Assembly (NCBI RefSeq): GCF_028641065.1
Contig: NC_073400.1
Location: forward strand, 31,992,001-32,056,000
DNA length: 64,000 nt
Direction: 5' to 3'
Source: Leucoraja erinacea
Taxonomy: Eukaryota
The notes beneath the pieces were generated by a model. The model was not told the origin of the DNA and searched no databases. It saw only the letters and a program-made list of their open reading frames with translations. Numbering within the stretch: position 1 is the first letter of the stretch; every line of letters begins with the position of its first letter. Positions 62,801-64,000 of this stretch are shown here, in pieces. The position numbers and the translations under genes are program-made.

Positions 62801-64000
62801 GATCTCAGCCACCTAATCCCATTTACCTGTCTTCTCCCCATAACCCTTGACACATGTTCTAATCAAGAACTTGTTTAGCCCTCTGACTAAAGAAGTTCTT
62901 CCTCACCTTTTTTAAAAGAGCGCCATTTAATTCTGTCACCTCTGATCATAGACTCTCCCACCAGTGGAAGCATCCTTTCCACAACCACTCTATCTATGCC
63001 TTTCATTATTCTAACCTGGAATTTGGGGAGCTAAAAGGAATACATTGGAATAAAAACTAATAGTCATAGTTTCATGTAGTCCATTATATCACAATGGTTC
63101 TTGTTCTGACCTGTGATAAAGTATTGCATAGAAAGGCACCTCAGTGCTTTGTCCATTATGTTCTGATGGAGCAGTATCTGATATAGGCAAACATAGCAAG
63201 CATTCTACAACTATATTCCAAACAAATATTCCAAACTTCTGCAGAAGTTTAGTTTAGTTTAGAGATACAGTGTGGAAATAGGCTTTTTGGCCCACTAGTT
63301 CTATCCTACACACTAGGGACAATATACAGATCCCAATTAACATTACCAAATACACATCTTCGGAATGTGGGAGCAAACTGGAGCACCTGGAGAAAGTTCA
63401 CAGTCACAGGGAGAACTTCTGGTGCTGTAAGGCAGGAACGCTACTGCTGCGCCACTGTGAAGACTAAAGAAGTTTGGTACATCTCAACCGACTCTTATCA
63501 ACTTCTACAATTGCACTGTAGAGAGAATCCTATGAGAATGCATCTTGATTTGGCAACAGCTCTGACCAAGAATGAAATAAATTTCAGAATTGTGGCTGTA
63601 ACCCAGTCCAACACACAAACCAGTCTGCCTCCCCACCTGCACATTACATTGCATTGGAAATGACCATTTACAGCCCAGTCATTTCCACTTCTCATTCTCC
63701 CGTGTGTCAGAAGATACGAAAGCTTGAAAGCACATACCACCAAATTCAGGAAAAGCTTATTCCCCGTTGTTATTAGAGTACAAAAGCATTCTCACATAAA
63801 CCAAGGGTGTAGTGCCGATATTCCAACCTATCTCACGTTGGCCCTAGCATCTTTTAAAAGATCTGTACTTTTGTCGTAGCCCTAACACTATGACGGTGTA
63901 ACATTAAATTCTGAGCTGTGGTATTTTTTGCTTTGTACTACCTGTGTACTTGCGTGGGACTTGGTAGTACTTAATTTTTTTAACTACTCTTGTGCGTCCC

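Overview
Vertebrate genomic DNA, very likely from a cartilaginous fish (skate or ray). This is inferred from dense HE1/V-SINE-type tRNA SINEs, CR1, Penelope and Rex/L2-type LINE fragments. Four spliced or exon-bounded genes were reconstructed by hand from GT-AG boundaries and reading-frame phase. (1) An intact 11-coding-exon GH18 chitinase (CHIA-like, minus strand, 472 aa) with a canonical [11 protein letters not shown] motif and one CBM14 domain. (2) A divergently transcribed paralog (plus strand, about 581 aa) with the same exon architecture, an altered catalytic motif (FDGLDLHWEFP, Asp to His; YD to YE), extra cysteines and three tandem CBM14-like domains in its last exon. It is a candidate chitinase-like lectin or scaffold. 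(3) A predicted secreted, transmembrane-less single V-set Ig protein encoded in one exon just downstream of the active chitinase. (4) A five-exon minus-strand ORF of at least 347 aa with no domain I recognise. A strong CTCF site lies between the two chitinase promoters. The rest is mostly transposon debris, including Harbinger and hAT MITEs with visible TSDs and Penelope-derived hammerhead cores, 66-bp arrays and palindromes. All exon models are predictions with no transcript evidence.
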